Shown here: positions 26,595 through 37,013 of the stretch, in pieces | Numbering within the stretch: the stretch's first letter is position 1 | Layout of the letters: every line of letters begins with the position of its first letter | DNA from: a virus | IMG/VR virus record: IMGVR_UViG_3300028802_000007 | Span: 66,936 to 130,935 of that record | Direction: 5' to 3' (one strand) | Length of the DNA: 64,000 nucleotides | Made by a program: the position numbers and the translations under genes | Notes under the pieces: model-generated | Seen by the model: the letters and a program-made list of their open reading frames with translations, nothing else | Database searches by the model: none | Told to the model about the DNA's origin: nothing

Positions 26595-27371
26595 GAGAGC
26601 GAACACTGGCTGAGTACCGCGAAGCGATGGCCGCAGACAGCAACGCCTCGTTCTACGAGGAGCGCCGCCTCAACTTCCTGATCCTCGCCCTGCCTGACGG
26701 CCACCTTGGCACGGGGGAGATTGTCAGCGTCTCCTTCCGCGAGGGCATCGACTTCATCGATGAGGACTGGCCTGAGTTCGGCAACTTCCTCATCTTGGAG
26801 ACGGCATGAAGACCAACGGACCGAAACTCGTCGGTGACTGGCGTCGCCGTCGCGGCTCCAAGACCGACGCCCACCTGTTCGACGGATCGGGGCACCACCC
26901 GTTCGACCAGCGACCGATGTGCGGCAAGGCCATCCGCCACATGAGCACCGAACCGGCGACGCTCTGGACGGGCACGCCCATCAGCCGGTCAGGCTCGTTC
27001 TGGGCGCTGCCCTGCACGGAGTGCCTCGTTCAGGCCATCACCCGCCAGCGCAAGGAGGTCAACCATGCCTGAGACACGACGCATCAAGGCCACCTACTAC
27101 CCGGTGCGCCAAGCACACCCACGCCGGACCGACTGGGCCAGGGTCGCCCTGTTCATCGCTGGCGGCATCGTCGCCGCGATCGCGGTCTGGGCCTTCGTCG
27201 CCCTGTTCCTCGTGACGTTCTGATGTGCGGCAGGGAGGACGACCCGTCCATGACTGACGTCTGCACCCGCTGCGGGCATCCCGCCACCGACCATGGCGGC
27301 GGCCCCGGCGAGGGCGAGTATCCCGATCTGCCGTGCGACTGCGGCTGCGACCGCTGGACGGAGGAGGGCTG

Positions 27372-27776
27372 ATGCCAGCCATCGACATCCCGGCGGAGAT
27401 GCCCCAGCTCAAGGGCCTGTTCGTGGGCGGCTGCGTCGCTCGAGGAGACGGCTCCTCGTTCCGGGCTCGAGCTCACGCCCACACCTTGCCCAGCGACTAC
27501 AAGGGCTGGGTCTGCGTCAGGGCAGCACATCGCGTGCTCACGCCCTCAGGCCGGCCCTCCCGTCTGATGTGGCACGAGTACGCCCACATCACCACCGGTC
27601 ACGGACATGACGCCGTCTGGCGCGAGCGGATCACGGAGTACGGCTTCCCGGCGGAGGCCCACCGGTACATCAGGAAGAAGAGGCCGCCGCTCGTCTGGTA
27701 TTGGTATGACCCCGCCACTGGCGAGCGCCAGACGGGTGCCCACCGCGAGATGGTCGCAGCACTGAGAGGAAGGTAG
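27372..27776 (+). CDS. HExxH zinc metallopeptidase-like (SprT-like) protein
   Basis: LMWHEYAHITTGHGHDAVWR. Confidence 0.65.
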   Translation: MPAIDIPAEMPQLKGLFVGGCVARGDGSSFRARAHAHTLPSDYKGWVCVRAAHRVLTPSGRPSRLMWHEYAHITTGHGHDAVWRERITEYGFPAEAHRYIRKKRPPLVWYWYDPATGERQTGAHREMVAALRGR

Positions 27777-28420
27777 ACATGGACATCACCGCGCTCATCA
27801 TCGAGCTGGTCCAGGTTCGCGAGGTCTTCGGTGACCTCGAGGTCATGGTGGCACTGGAGCAGACAGGCGACGAACCTGTGACCGATGTCATCGTGCTGCC
27901 CGCCGACAAGCAGTTCCGCCGCGTCGTCAAGATCGCGGCGCTGGGAAAGCGTGACAACGCCTAGGCCACGGGCCTATACTCACCAAAGGAGGTCAACACA
28001 GAGTGGACGAGAAGCCGGATCAACCACCCCCGAAGCGGTTCTGGAGGGTCACCTTCTGGACTGCCGACGGGTCTGAGCACCGCCGCTACATCCGCTGCCC
28101 GTACGCATCGCCTGACTCGCTCGTCGGCGTGTCGGCCAGGCTGGGCGAACTGATGTGGGACGGCATCATCACCAGCTACCGCCTCAGCCCTGTCCCATCG
28201 GCCCGTGTCGCGGTCGTCCGTGACCGGTCCGTCCGCTGGAGCGAGGTCGAAGCGACCCTCGCCGCCTAGGAGACACCATGCTTATCGCACTGTTCATCAC
28301 CGGCATCCTGATGTACATCATCGGCTCACGTCTCGACAAGGGCGAACGCCGCAAGCGCGAACGTGAGATCGACCTCAAGTACGGCCACACCGCCGACGGT
28401 CGCCCCCTCGAGCGACGCCG

Positions 28421-28819
28421 ATGAAACGATCCTACTCAACCATGGCCCGTGAACTGGGCATCAAGCTGTGCGGCGGTGTCCGGCCTACCGGACACTACTG
28501 CGAGCTCGACCACCAGCGATGGGGCGCGTCTGAGCCGGGCCTCGTCCACATGGCCGACGTGCGCGTCACCAAGGCCGGCCTCGCCCGGTTCTTGGGTCAC
28601 GCCGCGATCGCGCTCGACCCGAGCATCAACGACGAGGTCCCGTGGCGACGCGTCTACCGTCGGCAGATCGCCTCTCGCGATCTGGCCCGTCGGCTGCATG
28701 TCCGCATGCCCGGTCGCGAGTTCTACGACTTCGACCGGTCGTTCGTCCTCGCCAGTGTGGCGTCCATCCCGAACGGCGAGCCTCTTCGGAAGCAAGCCTT
28801 CGACTGGGCCCGGCGGTGA
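28421..28819 (+). CDS. hypothetical protein
   Basis: ORF in the coupled plus-strand block. Confidence 0.55.
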   Translation: MKRSYSTMARELGIKLCGGVRPTGHYCELDHQRWGASEPGLVHMADVRVTKAGLARFLGHAAIALDPSINDEVPWRRVYRRQIASRDLARRLHVRMPGREFYDFDRSFVLASVASIPNGEPLRKQAFDWARR

Positions 28820-29233
28820 GTGATGCGATCCGCCGACGTGTTCCTCATCGCCGGGGCGCGGCTGCGGCTACCGATGGTGCCTCATGTCCGCCACGGGGCT
28901 GGCCTGATCAACTATCGGGAAGGCGCACGCATCGTCCTGAACTCGTACGTCGAGCCGGGGCCGTGGTGGGAAGTTGAGTGCGTCACCCCGGACCGTCCGC
29001 TGGAGGGCCAACGCATCGAGCATGACTGGCCCGGGTTCATCTACGGCCCGGCAACGGGCCTCAAGCGAGCAGAGGAGCAGCCATGCCGGACGACCATCCT
29101 GATCGTGTCTGGCTCTGCACCAAGTGCTGGAAGGAGGGCCGCAAACCGAAGTTCATCATCCTGGATGGGACCTACGGGTCAGCACCCTGCCGCCATTGCG
29201 GCACCAAGCGCATCTTCCACGAGGAGCTCCGCC

Positions 29234-30022
29234 ATGACATCGATACTGAACAGCCACGAGTACACGGCACCGCGCAGCAATCCTGAAGTCGCCCGGATCA
29301 TGCAGGAGAAGGGCGTGGGCCGGAAGCGGGCCTACAACATCCTCCGACAGGCCAAGGCGGCCCAGTTCACCGTCGAGGTTCCCCAGACGCAGCGGGCACA
29401 GGTGCTCACCTCGCTGGTGGAACACGCCGGACAGTCCAAGAACGCGGCCCAGCTACTGGAGCAACTCCACGACGACGGCGTGAACATCGACATGCACGAC
29501 GTGGTCAAGACGCTCTGGTCGCTCCAGAAGACCAACTTCGTCCAGTTCCGCGAGCGCAACAACCCGCCCAGCCTGTACGCCATCAAGGTCACCGACCAGG
29601 GCCTCGCGGCCTACGGCGACATGAAGGAACGGCTGGCGACCGACGCGGGAACCATCACGGTGCCTGAGACACCGCTCATCACCGAAGCCCGGGCGTCTGT
29701 GGCGCTCGACCACGATCCGAAGATGGAGACGCAGTCCGTCGAGGTCGAGACCATCCTGCCCGGCACGCCGGAGTGGGACGAGTCCGAAGTCGCCCTCGAG
29801 GCGCAGCGCCGCGCCGAGTACACCGGCATCGACCTGTCGGACTTCCCGCTGATGCGGTCCATCCGCGATCGGGCCCGCAAGGAGTCCGTCCTCGCCAAGG
29901 CTGCCGCCCTCCTCGAGGACGCTGGCGAAGACGACATGGCTCTCGACGTCATGAACCTCACCCAGTTCAACGCCCTCGAGCTCGAGGTCAAGCAGATGCT
30001 CCAGAGCATCGGAGAGGTCTAG
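29234..30022 (+). CDS. putative winged-helix DNA-binding protein
   Basis: Start after GAGGAG; VVKTLWSLQKTNFVQF...AIKVTDQGLAAY fits a wHTH wing. Confidence 0.55.
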   Translation: MTSILNSHEYTAPRSNPEVARIMQEKGVGRKRAYNILRQAKAAQFTVEVPQTQRAQVLTSLVEHAGQSKNAAQLLEQLHDDGVNIDMHDVVKTLWSLQKTNFVQFRERNNPPSLYAIKVTDQGLAAYGDMKERLATDAGTITVPETPLITEARASVALDHDPKMETQSVEVETILPGTPEWDESEVALEAQRRAEYTGIDLSDFPLMRSIRDRARKESVLAKAAALLEDAGEDDMALDVMNLTQFNALELEVKQMLQSIGEV

Positions 30023-30614
30023 ATGACAGTCACCCTGAAGATCGAGGTCACGTCGCCTCTGACCGACGACGACCGCGACCTCCTCGCCGGCCTCGCCGTG
30101 ATGACGGTCGCCATCGCCAACCGCCAGCTCAACATGGAAGAGCAGCCGCCTGAGCCGACGGAGTGCGGCGAGCTCGAGTACGCCGATGAGCCGTCTGGCC
30201 CTCAGGCCACCGGCAGGATCTGCGACAAGGACCCGCACCACGTCGGTCGCCACCGCTTTCGTCAGGCCCCCGTCCTAGCGATGGTGAACTGATGCCCCAG
30301 CCCGCAGAGGGCATGCCGCAGTCTGAGGTCGTCCTCAGGCTGCGGGCTGCCATCGACACCGCCATCAGGTTCCCGTCGGCCAACAACGACGCCTCAGCCA
30401 TCGCCATCGCTCAGGCCTACCCCAAGGCGATGCGATCCACCCACGTCAATCACAACCTCGGTCAGGCCCGCTGGGACTGGCTGACCGAGCACGGCTATTA
30501 CTCCGCCCTGGACCCGTCGGAGGAGGACGACCGGGTCCAGGGCACCATCGCCCCGGACTACACCGGCTGATGCCGTGACATACAGGTGGCAGAACGGTCG
30601 GGGAAGATGACGGT

Positions 30615-31319
30615 GTGACTCGCCCCGTCGTCTTCTCCGCATCGTCGGTCAACGCCTACCTCGACTGCCACCTCCAGTGGTGGTTCAGCTACGTTCTCAA
30701 CGAGGAGGGATACCAGTCCGAAGCGAAGGTCTTCGGCATCGCCTTCCACGACGCCGTCGAGGCGATCCTGAAGGGCACCCTGCCGTCGGATGCGTTCGAT
30801 GACTACCCCATCAAGAGCGCGATCGAGGTCTTCGTCCGCGACATCCTGCCGACCTACCGCAACCCGGTGTGGATCGAGAAGGAGTTCCAGATCGAGGTCA
30901 ACGGCATCCCGTACAGCGGCGTCATCGACGCTCTGGACGAGCAGGACACGCCGTGGGGTTTCGAGGACATCCTGCGCGACCACAAGAGCACCGGCAGCCG
31001 GCCCCGGGCCGGACGCTACCGCTTCAACATGCAGGGCTACTGGATGGGGGCCCGGGACCTAGGCCGCACCCCGGCTGCCATCCAGCTCGACTACGTCGTC
31101 CGAACCAAGACGCCCTACTACTGGCCGGAGGTCGTGCCAGTCCCAGACGATGACGACCTGGCGGTTTTCGCCACGACCCTCAAGAGGGTGGCAGATGGTG
31201 TTGACCGTTCTGACTACCGGGCTACAGGTTTGGGCACCCGGGCCTGTTCGAGTTGTCCCTACACCGCGATGTGCGGTCCATACCAGCGTTTCATGGAGGT
31301 CACCGATGGCAACGTCTGA
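30615..31319 (+). CDS. PD-(D/E)XK (RecB-like) exonuclease
   Basis: FSASSVNAYLDC, FGIAFHDAVE, EKEF, GVIDALD, LRDHKS, QGYW, CSSCPYTAMC. Confidence 0.88.
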   Translation: MTRPVVFSASSVNAYLDCHLQWWFSYVLNEEGYQSEAKVFGIAFHDAVEAILKGTLPSDAFDDYPIKSAIEVFVRDILPTYRNPVWIEKEFQIEVNGIPYSGVIDALDEQDTPWGFEDILRDHKSTGSRPRAGRYRFNMQGYWMGARDLGRTPAAIQLDYVVRTKTPYYWPEVVPVPDDDDLAVFATTLKRVADGVDRSDYRATGLGTRACSSCPYTAMCGPYQRFMEVTDGNV

Positions 31320-32118
31320 AGCCAAGGTCATGCCCACCCTCGCCGCCAAGTTGGCGGAGATCATGGGCGAGATGGCCCACGTCAAGAAGGAGGGCTTCAA
31401 CAAGGCCCAGAACTACCGCTTCGTCCGCGAGACCGACGTGGCTGAGAAGGCGTCGGAGCTCCTCGCGGCGCGGCACATCTGGGTCCACCAGTCGGTCATC
31501 AGCGAGGAGATGGTGCCGCTCTACACGACCGCGTCTGGCTCCCAGATGTGGCTGACCAAGTTGCAGATCGCCTTCAAGTTCATCGACGGTGACACCAAGG
31601 AGGAGACCGAGCCGCAGACCTTCAGCGGCCACGGTGCCGACACCGGCGACAAGGGTGTCTACAAGGCGATGACCGGTGCCGAGAAGTACTTCCTGATGAA
31701 GAGCTTCCTCGTCTCGACCGGCGACGATCCTGAGGCCGACGAGAAGGTGGACAAGGCCGCCGCTGCCGCCGGATCGACTGGAGCGCCTCGCGTGGTGCGC
31801 GGCAATCAGGCTGGCGTCCAGCGTGGCGGCAAGAGCACCAACGCGACCGCCGCTCAGGTCAACGAGGTCGCCCGCCTCTACAGGGATCTGAACCTGACGC
31901 CGGAGTCGGTCCTGCCCATCATCCAGGCCACCCTTGGCAGCATCCCGGGCGAGGGCCAGACGCTGCGTGACTTCCTTGGTGCCCAGAAGGGCGACGACGT
32001 CGCCAAGCTCATCAGCACCCTCATGGAGTTCAAGCCCGTCGAGGCCGACGCGGTCGAGCCGGGTGATGTCGCCGTCGAGGGCGAAGACGACCTTCCCCCG
32101 GCGATGGCCGTCGTCTAG
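31306..32118 (+). CDS. ERF-family single-strand annealing protein
   Basis: VKKEGFNKAQNYRFV...GADTGDKGVYKAMTGAEKYFLMKSFLVSTGDDPE. Confidence 0.85.
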   Translation: MATSEAKVMPTLAAKLAEIMGEMAHVKKEGFNKAQNYRFVRETDVAEKASELLAARHIWVHQSVISEEMVPLYTTASGSQMWLTKLQIAFKFIDGDTKEETEPQTFSGHGADTGDKGVYKAMTGAEKYFLMKSFLVSTGDDPEADEKVDKAAAAAGSTGAPRVVRGNQAGVQRGGKSTNATAAQVNEVARLYRDLNLTPESVLPIIQATLGSIPGEGQTLRDFLGAQKGDDVAKLISTLMEFKPVEADAVEPGDVAVEGEDDLPPAMAVV

Positions 32119-32165
32119 ACTTATGGGCCGTCCCTAAACGGGTCGGCATCGGTGACGCGAGCCGG

Positions 32166-33173
32166 GTGTCTGACAGCATCCGGCTCCCGCCGCCCTTTCT
32201 GTCAGGAGGGTGGATTTTGTACGACCCTGTCGAGGTCGCGTCCGTCTACGTTGCAACGTTTCCGGCCCGCTCCGATGTGTACAGCGTCTGGGTGCCGGAC
32301 ATCAAGAGCTGGAGGCCAGTCAGAGAGCCGCTGACTCCCGCGATCGCACTCGCTGGCCTCACCCGAACCGGTCCCGCCATCAGTGGCTTCATGATCGCTC
32401 CCGACTCCGTCACGCACTCATTGGCAATCGACTTCGATACCCCTAACGGCCTCGAGCAGGGCTTCGCCGTCGCGCTGGCGATGGAGGAGGCCGGGCTCCC
32501 GGCCTATGTCGAGACCAGCCGTCGCGGCTCGCACCTGTGGTGCGTCCTGGATGGTCTGGTGCCCGCAAAATCTGCACGCCGTGCGCTCCGGGCGTTTCTC
32601 GCCACAGCCCTGCTAGACCCTGAGGATACTCACATCGAGATCAGGCCCGGCTCTGACGATGTCGATGCCCGGTGGCATGAGCATGTCTCTGGTGCTGTCG
32701 TCGGAGACGGGCTGGGTCACGCCCTGCGGCTGCCATTCATGCCGCACCCCAAGACCGGCGTGACGCCCCAGTTCATGGACGCCAAGGGCAAGGTGATGGG
32801 CCCGACCATCGCCGCCGCATTGCTCGACATCGAATGGGGTAATGCGAGCATCATTGCGGACTGGTCCCGTCGGTGGTCGCCCGTCACCAAGCGCACCGAT
32901 CTGACCAAGGCCTACCAGACCCCGAAGGACTTCGGGCCTGACGAGTATGAGGATGCCTCCGCCTCGGCGATCCTCATGGAACTATGGGGCGTGGACCGGG
33001 CTGCGCCCGGAAGGAGTGTCCGGTGTCCTGCCCATGACGATAGGATCGCCAGTCTCAGCATCCTCCGCGACGATAGACGGGTCATCTGCAAGAGCCCTGC
33101 CTGCCCCCTCAACAACGGGGACCACGGACGCGGGACGTTCGAGCTCACCAAGCTCGCACCCCGTCATGAATAG
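32166..33173 (+). CDS. AEP-type primase with C-terminal zinc finger
   Basis: AIDFD (DxD), ETSRRGSHLW, LRLPF; CPAHDD...SLSI...CKSPAC. Confidence 0.75.
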   Translation: MSDSIRLPPPFLSGGWILYDPVEVASVYVATFPARSDVYSVWVPDIKSWRPVREPLTPAIALAGLTRTGPAISGFMIAPDSVTHSLAIDFDTPNGLEQGFAVALAMEEAGLPAYVETSRRGSHLWCVLDGLVPAKSARRALRAFLATALLDPEDTHIEIRPGSDDVDARWHEHVSGAVVGDGLGHALRLPFMPHPKTGVTPQFMDAKGKVMGPTIAAALLDIEWGNASIIADWSRRWSPVTKRTDLTKAYQTPKDFGPDEYEDASASAILMELWGVDRAAPGRSVRCPAHDDRIASLSILRDDRRVICKSPACPLNNGDHGRGTFELTKLAPRHE

Positions 33174-34524
33174 CGGCAACGAGCGGTTCAACTTCGAGAA
33201 GATCGGGCTGGGCTACCGCGTGTGGCCGACCGACGAGAAGCTCAACACCGAACTGAAGATCAGCCGCATCAAGCGCAGCAGCCAAGAGTTGCACGGCTAC
33301 CTCCAGGTCATGTGCAAGTTCGAGGGCGTCAAGACCGTCAACGGCGTCCTCCACTCGACCCGCTTCAACATGTCGGCGGGCCAGACGCGCAAGGGCCTCG
33401 CCAAGCTCCTCGCGGAGCGGACGCCGGGCTTCGAGAAGATGGACTGGTTCGACGCCCTCGAGTCCCTGTGCCAGTGGGTGGCGGAGGCTGAGAGCCGTGG
33501 TGAGCCGGTCATCGCGGTCGGCACCGGCATCGCCCCGGCACAGCGCACCACGCGCCTCGCTCTGGACCCGCTGGTGCCCGCCAACGTGGCTTCCCTGCTG
33601 TACGGGCCCGGAGGTGCCGGGAAGAGCGTGCTGGCCCTCGCTGGGGCCCTGTCCATCGCGGTCAACGAAGAGATCATCCCGGGCATCCCGCCCGTCATCA
33701 ACGGACCCGTCCTGTACCTCGACTGGGAGACCGACGCTCACGTCGTCAACGACAGGCTCTGGTCGCTCTGCGCTGGGGCCGGCGTCGAGCCAGCCAACGT
33801 CAGCTACCGCCGCTGCAACCGTCCGCTGGCGGACGACGCTGAAGAGCTGGCGATGCTGGTCGCGGAGAAGAAGATCGTCTACGTCGTCATCGACTCGTGC
33901 GGCCCGGCGATGGGCACGTCGGGTGAGTACGGCGACGCCAACGAGAGCACCCTGCGCCTGTTCGAGGCGATCCGCCACATCGGCATCACCACCCAGATCA
34001 TCGACCATGTCAGCAAGCAGGAGATGCGATCGCCCAAGGGCAACGTCACCGGGCTCCTGCCGTACGGCTCCATCTACAAGGTCAACCTGTCACGCGCCGC
34101 GTGGGAGCTCCGCAACAGCACCACGACGGACGACGAGCAGTTGCACATCACCCTCCACAACACCAAGGCCAACGACTCGCGGCTCCGCGAGCCCATCAGG
34201 CTGCTGCTCGACTGGGCGACCGACAGCATCGCCTTCCAAGCCGATACCGACGGTCCGGCCCCGCGAGACGACATCAGCGGCAACACCTGGCGTGACAAGC
34301 TCCGCAACTTCCTCCTCGAGGACGACGAGCCGCCGCGCTACACCGTCGAGGTCGCCAAGCTGCTCAACACCACCGACGCCAACATCCGCAACCAGATCCA
34401 GCGCAACCCGTCGGACTTCACCCGTCCCGACGGAGAGCCGAAGAAGATCATGCTGACTGTCAGTGGGGGTATCGGCGGACCATCGAACGTCGTCTCTTTC
34501 ATGGCCGCGAGGGGTCCTGAATGA
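33166..34524 (+). CDS. RecA/DnaB-like (AAA_25) replicative helicase
   Basis: LLYGPGGAGKS Walker A, VLYLDWE, VVIDS Walker B, IIDHVSK, YGS; C-terminal HTH-like tail. Confidence 0.85.
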   Translation: MNSGNERFNFEKIGLGYRVWPTDEKLNTELKISRIKRSSQELHGYLQVMCKFEGVKTVNGVLHSTRFNMSAGQTRKGLAKLLAERTPGFEKMDWFDALESLCQWVAEAESRGEPVIAVGTGIAPAQRTTRLALDPLVPANVASLLYGPGGAGKSVLALAGALSIAVNEEIIPGIPPVINGPVLYLDWETDAHVVNDRLWSLCAGAGVEPANVSYRRCNRPLADDAEELAMLVAEKKIVYVVIDSCGPAMGTSGEYGDANESTLRLFEAIRHIGITTQIIDHVSKQEMRSPKGNVTGLLPYGSIYKVNLSRAAWELRNSTTTDDEQLHITLHNTKANDSRLREPIRLLLDWATDSIAFQADTDGPAPRDDISGNTWRDKLRNFLLEDDEPPRYTVEVAKLLNTTDANIRNQIQRNPSDFTRPDGEPKKIMLTVSGGIGGPSNVVSFMAARGPE

Positions 34525-34527
34525 CCT

Positions 34528-34670
34528 ACCGTAGCAGTGCCGTAGCATGCGTAGCGTAGCAACCGTAGCAGGCGTCAGGTACCGTAGCGTAGCACCCACC
34601 CCTATAGGGGTGCTACGCTACGGTTCCTGCTACGCCCCGCTGGCCCTCGTGCCGGGTCTGGGTGCTACGG
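34528..34670. repeat. putative replication origin: 11 CGTAGC/GCTACG iterons and a 17-bp inverted repeat
   Basis: ACCGTAGCGTAGCACCC (34581-34597) / GGGTGCTACGCTACGGT (34608-34624); intergenic, directly after primase-helicase. Confidence 0.7.
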
Positions 34671-34674
34671 TCCG

Positions 34675-35055
34675 ATGACACGCAAAGATGCTGTCTCTGA
34701 ATGGACCGCCGACCAGGTCGCCCGACGAGATAACTACAGGTGCATCGCACCCCGCATCGACGGTCAATCCGGGTGGTGCCGCGATCGCTGGGGCAATGCC
34801 ATCACCCGCTGGCCGGTCAACCGCATCGACCGTGACAAGTTGACCTTCGCCCACGTCAAGGACGCCGACGCCCAAGCGATGGGCAAGCGGGCCCCGTCGG
34901 ATCAGGCCCACCTCGTGCTGCTGTGCTGGGGGCACCACGAGGGAGCGGGCGAGACCGGCGGCTACTGTTGGGGCACCAGCCGGGCTGGCCTCGACAAGCA
35001 GCGGATCTACCTCGCTGGCTTCCACACCCTCAACCCAAGGACACCGCTCCTATGA
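34675..35055 (+). CDS. HNH-like endonuclease
   Basis: RRDNYRC...C...TFAHVK...HLVLLCWGHH. Confidence 0.55.
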   Translation: MTRKDAVSEWTADQVARRDNYRCIAPRIDGQSGWCRDRWGNAITRWPVNRIDRDKLTFAHVKDADAQAMGKRAPSDQAHLVLLCWGHHEGAGETGGYCWGTSRAGLDKQRIYLAGFHTLNPRTPLL

Positions 35056-35249
35056 AGCACCTCTATGCTGGCCTCGCCGTCGGGGGCGTCGCGGCTGGCT
35101 TGATCCTCGCGACCGTCGTCGTCTGGTGGCTCTTGGGCTTGTTCGTCAGCCGCGAGCTCGCCACCACCTTGACTGCGGTCATCATCCTCGTCATGGCGGC
35201 GACCGCCGTCCTCGACTACGTCACGGAGAAGAGGGAGAAGAAGGCATGA
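35052..35249 (+). CDS. small two-TM membrane protein
   Basis: Two hydrophobic stretches and a basic C-terminus. Confidence 0.55.
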   Translation: MKHLYAGLAVGGVAAGLILATVVVWWLLGLFVSRELATTLTAVIILVMAATAVLDYVTEKREKKA

Positions 35250-35941
35250 CCCTGCTCGAGAAGCTCAAAGAGAGCCGCCGTCGGCACCCATTCGGTCAGT
35301 TCGGCACGACCGACGACGAATGCACCGACAACGGCGCTCTTGGCTGCACCCACACGATCTGGCGTTGGATCGCGTGGTGCTACAAGGGCAAGTGGTACAG
35401 CCACGACCAGCTCTCGCATCTGTCCGGCTACCCCTGCGGCGGCGGCCCGTCGAACCGGGGCATGAGGGTCAGCGAGAGCCAAGTCCTGTGCAAGAAGCTG
35501 GGCCTGCCCTTGGTCTACAAGGGCAACCTCTCGTCGGGCGATCTGCTCCGAGCATCGAGGGTCGGACCCTGCCTGTTCGGTATCCGCTACGGCGACTGGC
35601 CGAACTGGGCCCACTACAAGGGCCAGACGCGCCCCCGCCCGTGGGCTCGTCCTCTCGACAAGGCCGGACGCAACCAGTTCACGGGCTTCACCGGCTCGCA
35701 CGCCGTCGGGCTCCTCGGCTACATTCGGGTCACCCTGGCGAACGGCACGTTCGTCCGCAACGACGCCTACTGCTTCGAGCCCAACCACGACTCGCCGGCT
35801 CGCCCCGAAAACGTCGCCTTCGACATCGTCACCCAGACCCAGTTGAACGCCGCCTACCAGGCGACGAAGACCAAGCTCCACTGGAAGGCCACCATGGCCT
35901 TCATCCCGACCAAGTCCCCCACCTTCCCCGGAGGCCTGTAG
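35246..35941 (+). CDS. papain-like (C39-like) cysteine peptidase, candidate endolysin
   Basis: GQF...GCTHT (Cys), GSHAVGLLGY (His), YCFEPN (acid) in papain-fold order. Confidence 0.5.
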   Translation: MTLLEKLKESRRRHPFGQFGTTDDECTDNGALGCTHTIWRWIAWCYKGKWYSHDQLSHLSGYPCGGGPSNRGMRVSESQVLCKKLGLPLVYKGNLSSGDLLRASRVGPCLFGIRYGDWPNWAHYKGQTRPRPWARPLDKAGRNQFTGFTGSHAVGLLGYIRVTLANGTFVRNDAYCFEPNHDSPARPENVAFDIVTQTQLNAAYQATKTKLHWKATMAFIPTKSPTFPGGL

Positions 35942-36323
35942 ATGACAGAAGCGGAGCAGCCCGTGCCGGTCGAGGACCCGGTCCCCGACGATGACCCCGG
36001 AGCAGGAGAGGAAGTGGAGATCGTTCCCGGCGACGACATCGCCCCGGAGGATGACCTCGCCACCGCGACCGACAAGGTCGAAGAGGACGAGACCGTCGAA
36101 GATGCCGACGGCGAGCTGATTGAAGATGAGGATCTTGGAGAATGAGTGACGAGCCCATCCTCGCGGTCTACGCCGTGAGGGTCACCGTTCGGGGTATCGG
36201 CATCGCGCCGACCATCGCTGAGCTCGAGGCCGCCGTCGAGAAGGCGGTCGAAGACCTCGGCATGGTCTCCCGTGCCAACCAGCCGCTGCTCTCGGTCAAC
36301 GCCGAAGCGACGAGGACAGACAA

Positions 36324-36704
36324 GTAGCCTGGACCGTCACCATCCCCGGCCACGTCCCGTCGGGTAACCACGCCAACAAGATCGGGCGTGGTTACCGGGC
36401 GGGCGGCATCGCCTACCCCAAGCTGGTCAAGACCGACGAAGCGGCGGCCTACCAGCAGGGGGCAGCGATGATCGTGCGGACCGCAAGGCCGTCGGGCTGG
36501 AAGTGGGACGGAGGTCAGGTCGTGGTCGAGTACCGCATGTACCTCGACCGCGACGCTGACTGCACCAACATCATCAAGACGCTCGAGGACGCGATCTTCC
36601 CGGCCCTCGGCATCAACGACTCGTTCGCCCTCCCTAGGGCGATGAGCAAGGAGGTCGTCAAGAAGGCCGACGCACGCATCGAAGTGACCATTGACTCAGC
36701 CTAG
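36324..36704 (+). CDS. RusA-like Holliday junction resolvase (start non-canonical or at 36468)
   Basis: WTVTIPGHVPSGN...DRDADCTNIIKTLEDAIFPALGINDS...RIEVTI. Confidence 0.7.
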   Translation, partial: VAWTVTIPGHVPSGNHANKIGRGYRAGGIAYPKLVKTDEAAAYQQGAAMIVRTARPSGWKWDGGQVVVEYRMYLDRDADCTNIIKTLEDAIFPALGINDSFALPRAMSKEVVKKADARIEVTIDSA

Positions 36705-36731
36705 TACTATGACACGATAGGAGGTCAACCC

Positions 36732-37013
36732 ATGGCAGAGATTGTGATCCGCATCCAGGTGCCCGACGGCACCAACGTCCGCGTCGATCAGGGCGGTGGC
36801 TCCGACAAGCCGTTCGTCCAGCGACCGGCCCCGCCTGAGCCCAACGATGGTGGCTGCCCCACCCACGAGGTGGCGTGGAAGCTGGTCCCGGCGGGCGTGA
36901 GCAAGAAGACCGGGCGTCAGTACAACGCCTTCTGGGCGTGCCCGGAGCGCGGCTGCGACGAGAAGCCGTCGTGGGACGATAGCGCCCCCGGTGGTGGCGA
37001 CCTTCCCTTCTGA
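36732..37013 (+). CDS. Zn-ribbon protein with SSB-like acidic tail
   Basis: CPTH...GVSKKTGRQYNAFWACP...C, ends GGGDLPF; GGAGGTCAACCCATG start. Confidence 0.6.
   Translation: MAEIVIRIQVPDGTNVRVDQGGGSDKPFVQRPAPPEPNDGGCPTHEVAWKLVPAGVSKKTGRQYNAFWACPERGCDEKPSWDDSAPGGGDLPF

Noticed and set aside
28820-29286. Single 400-aa protein 28820-30022
   Set aside because: An internal RBS and ATG at 29234 and an overlapping Zn-finger ORF (29083-29286) suggest separate small genes. The structure is ambiguous, so only 29234-30022 was called.
30615-31319. Cas4 / CRISPR adaptation gene
   Set aside because: It is paired with an ERF annealing protein as a standard phage recombination module, and there is no cas1 or array.
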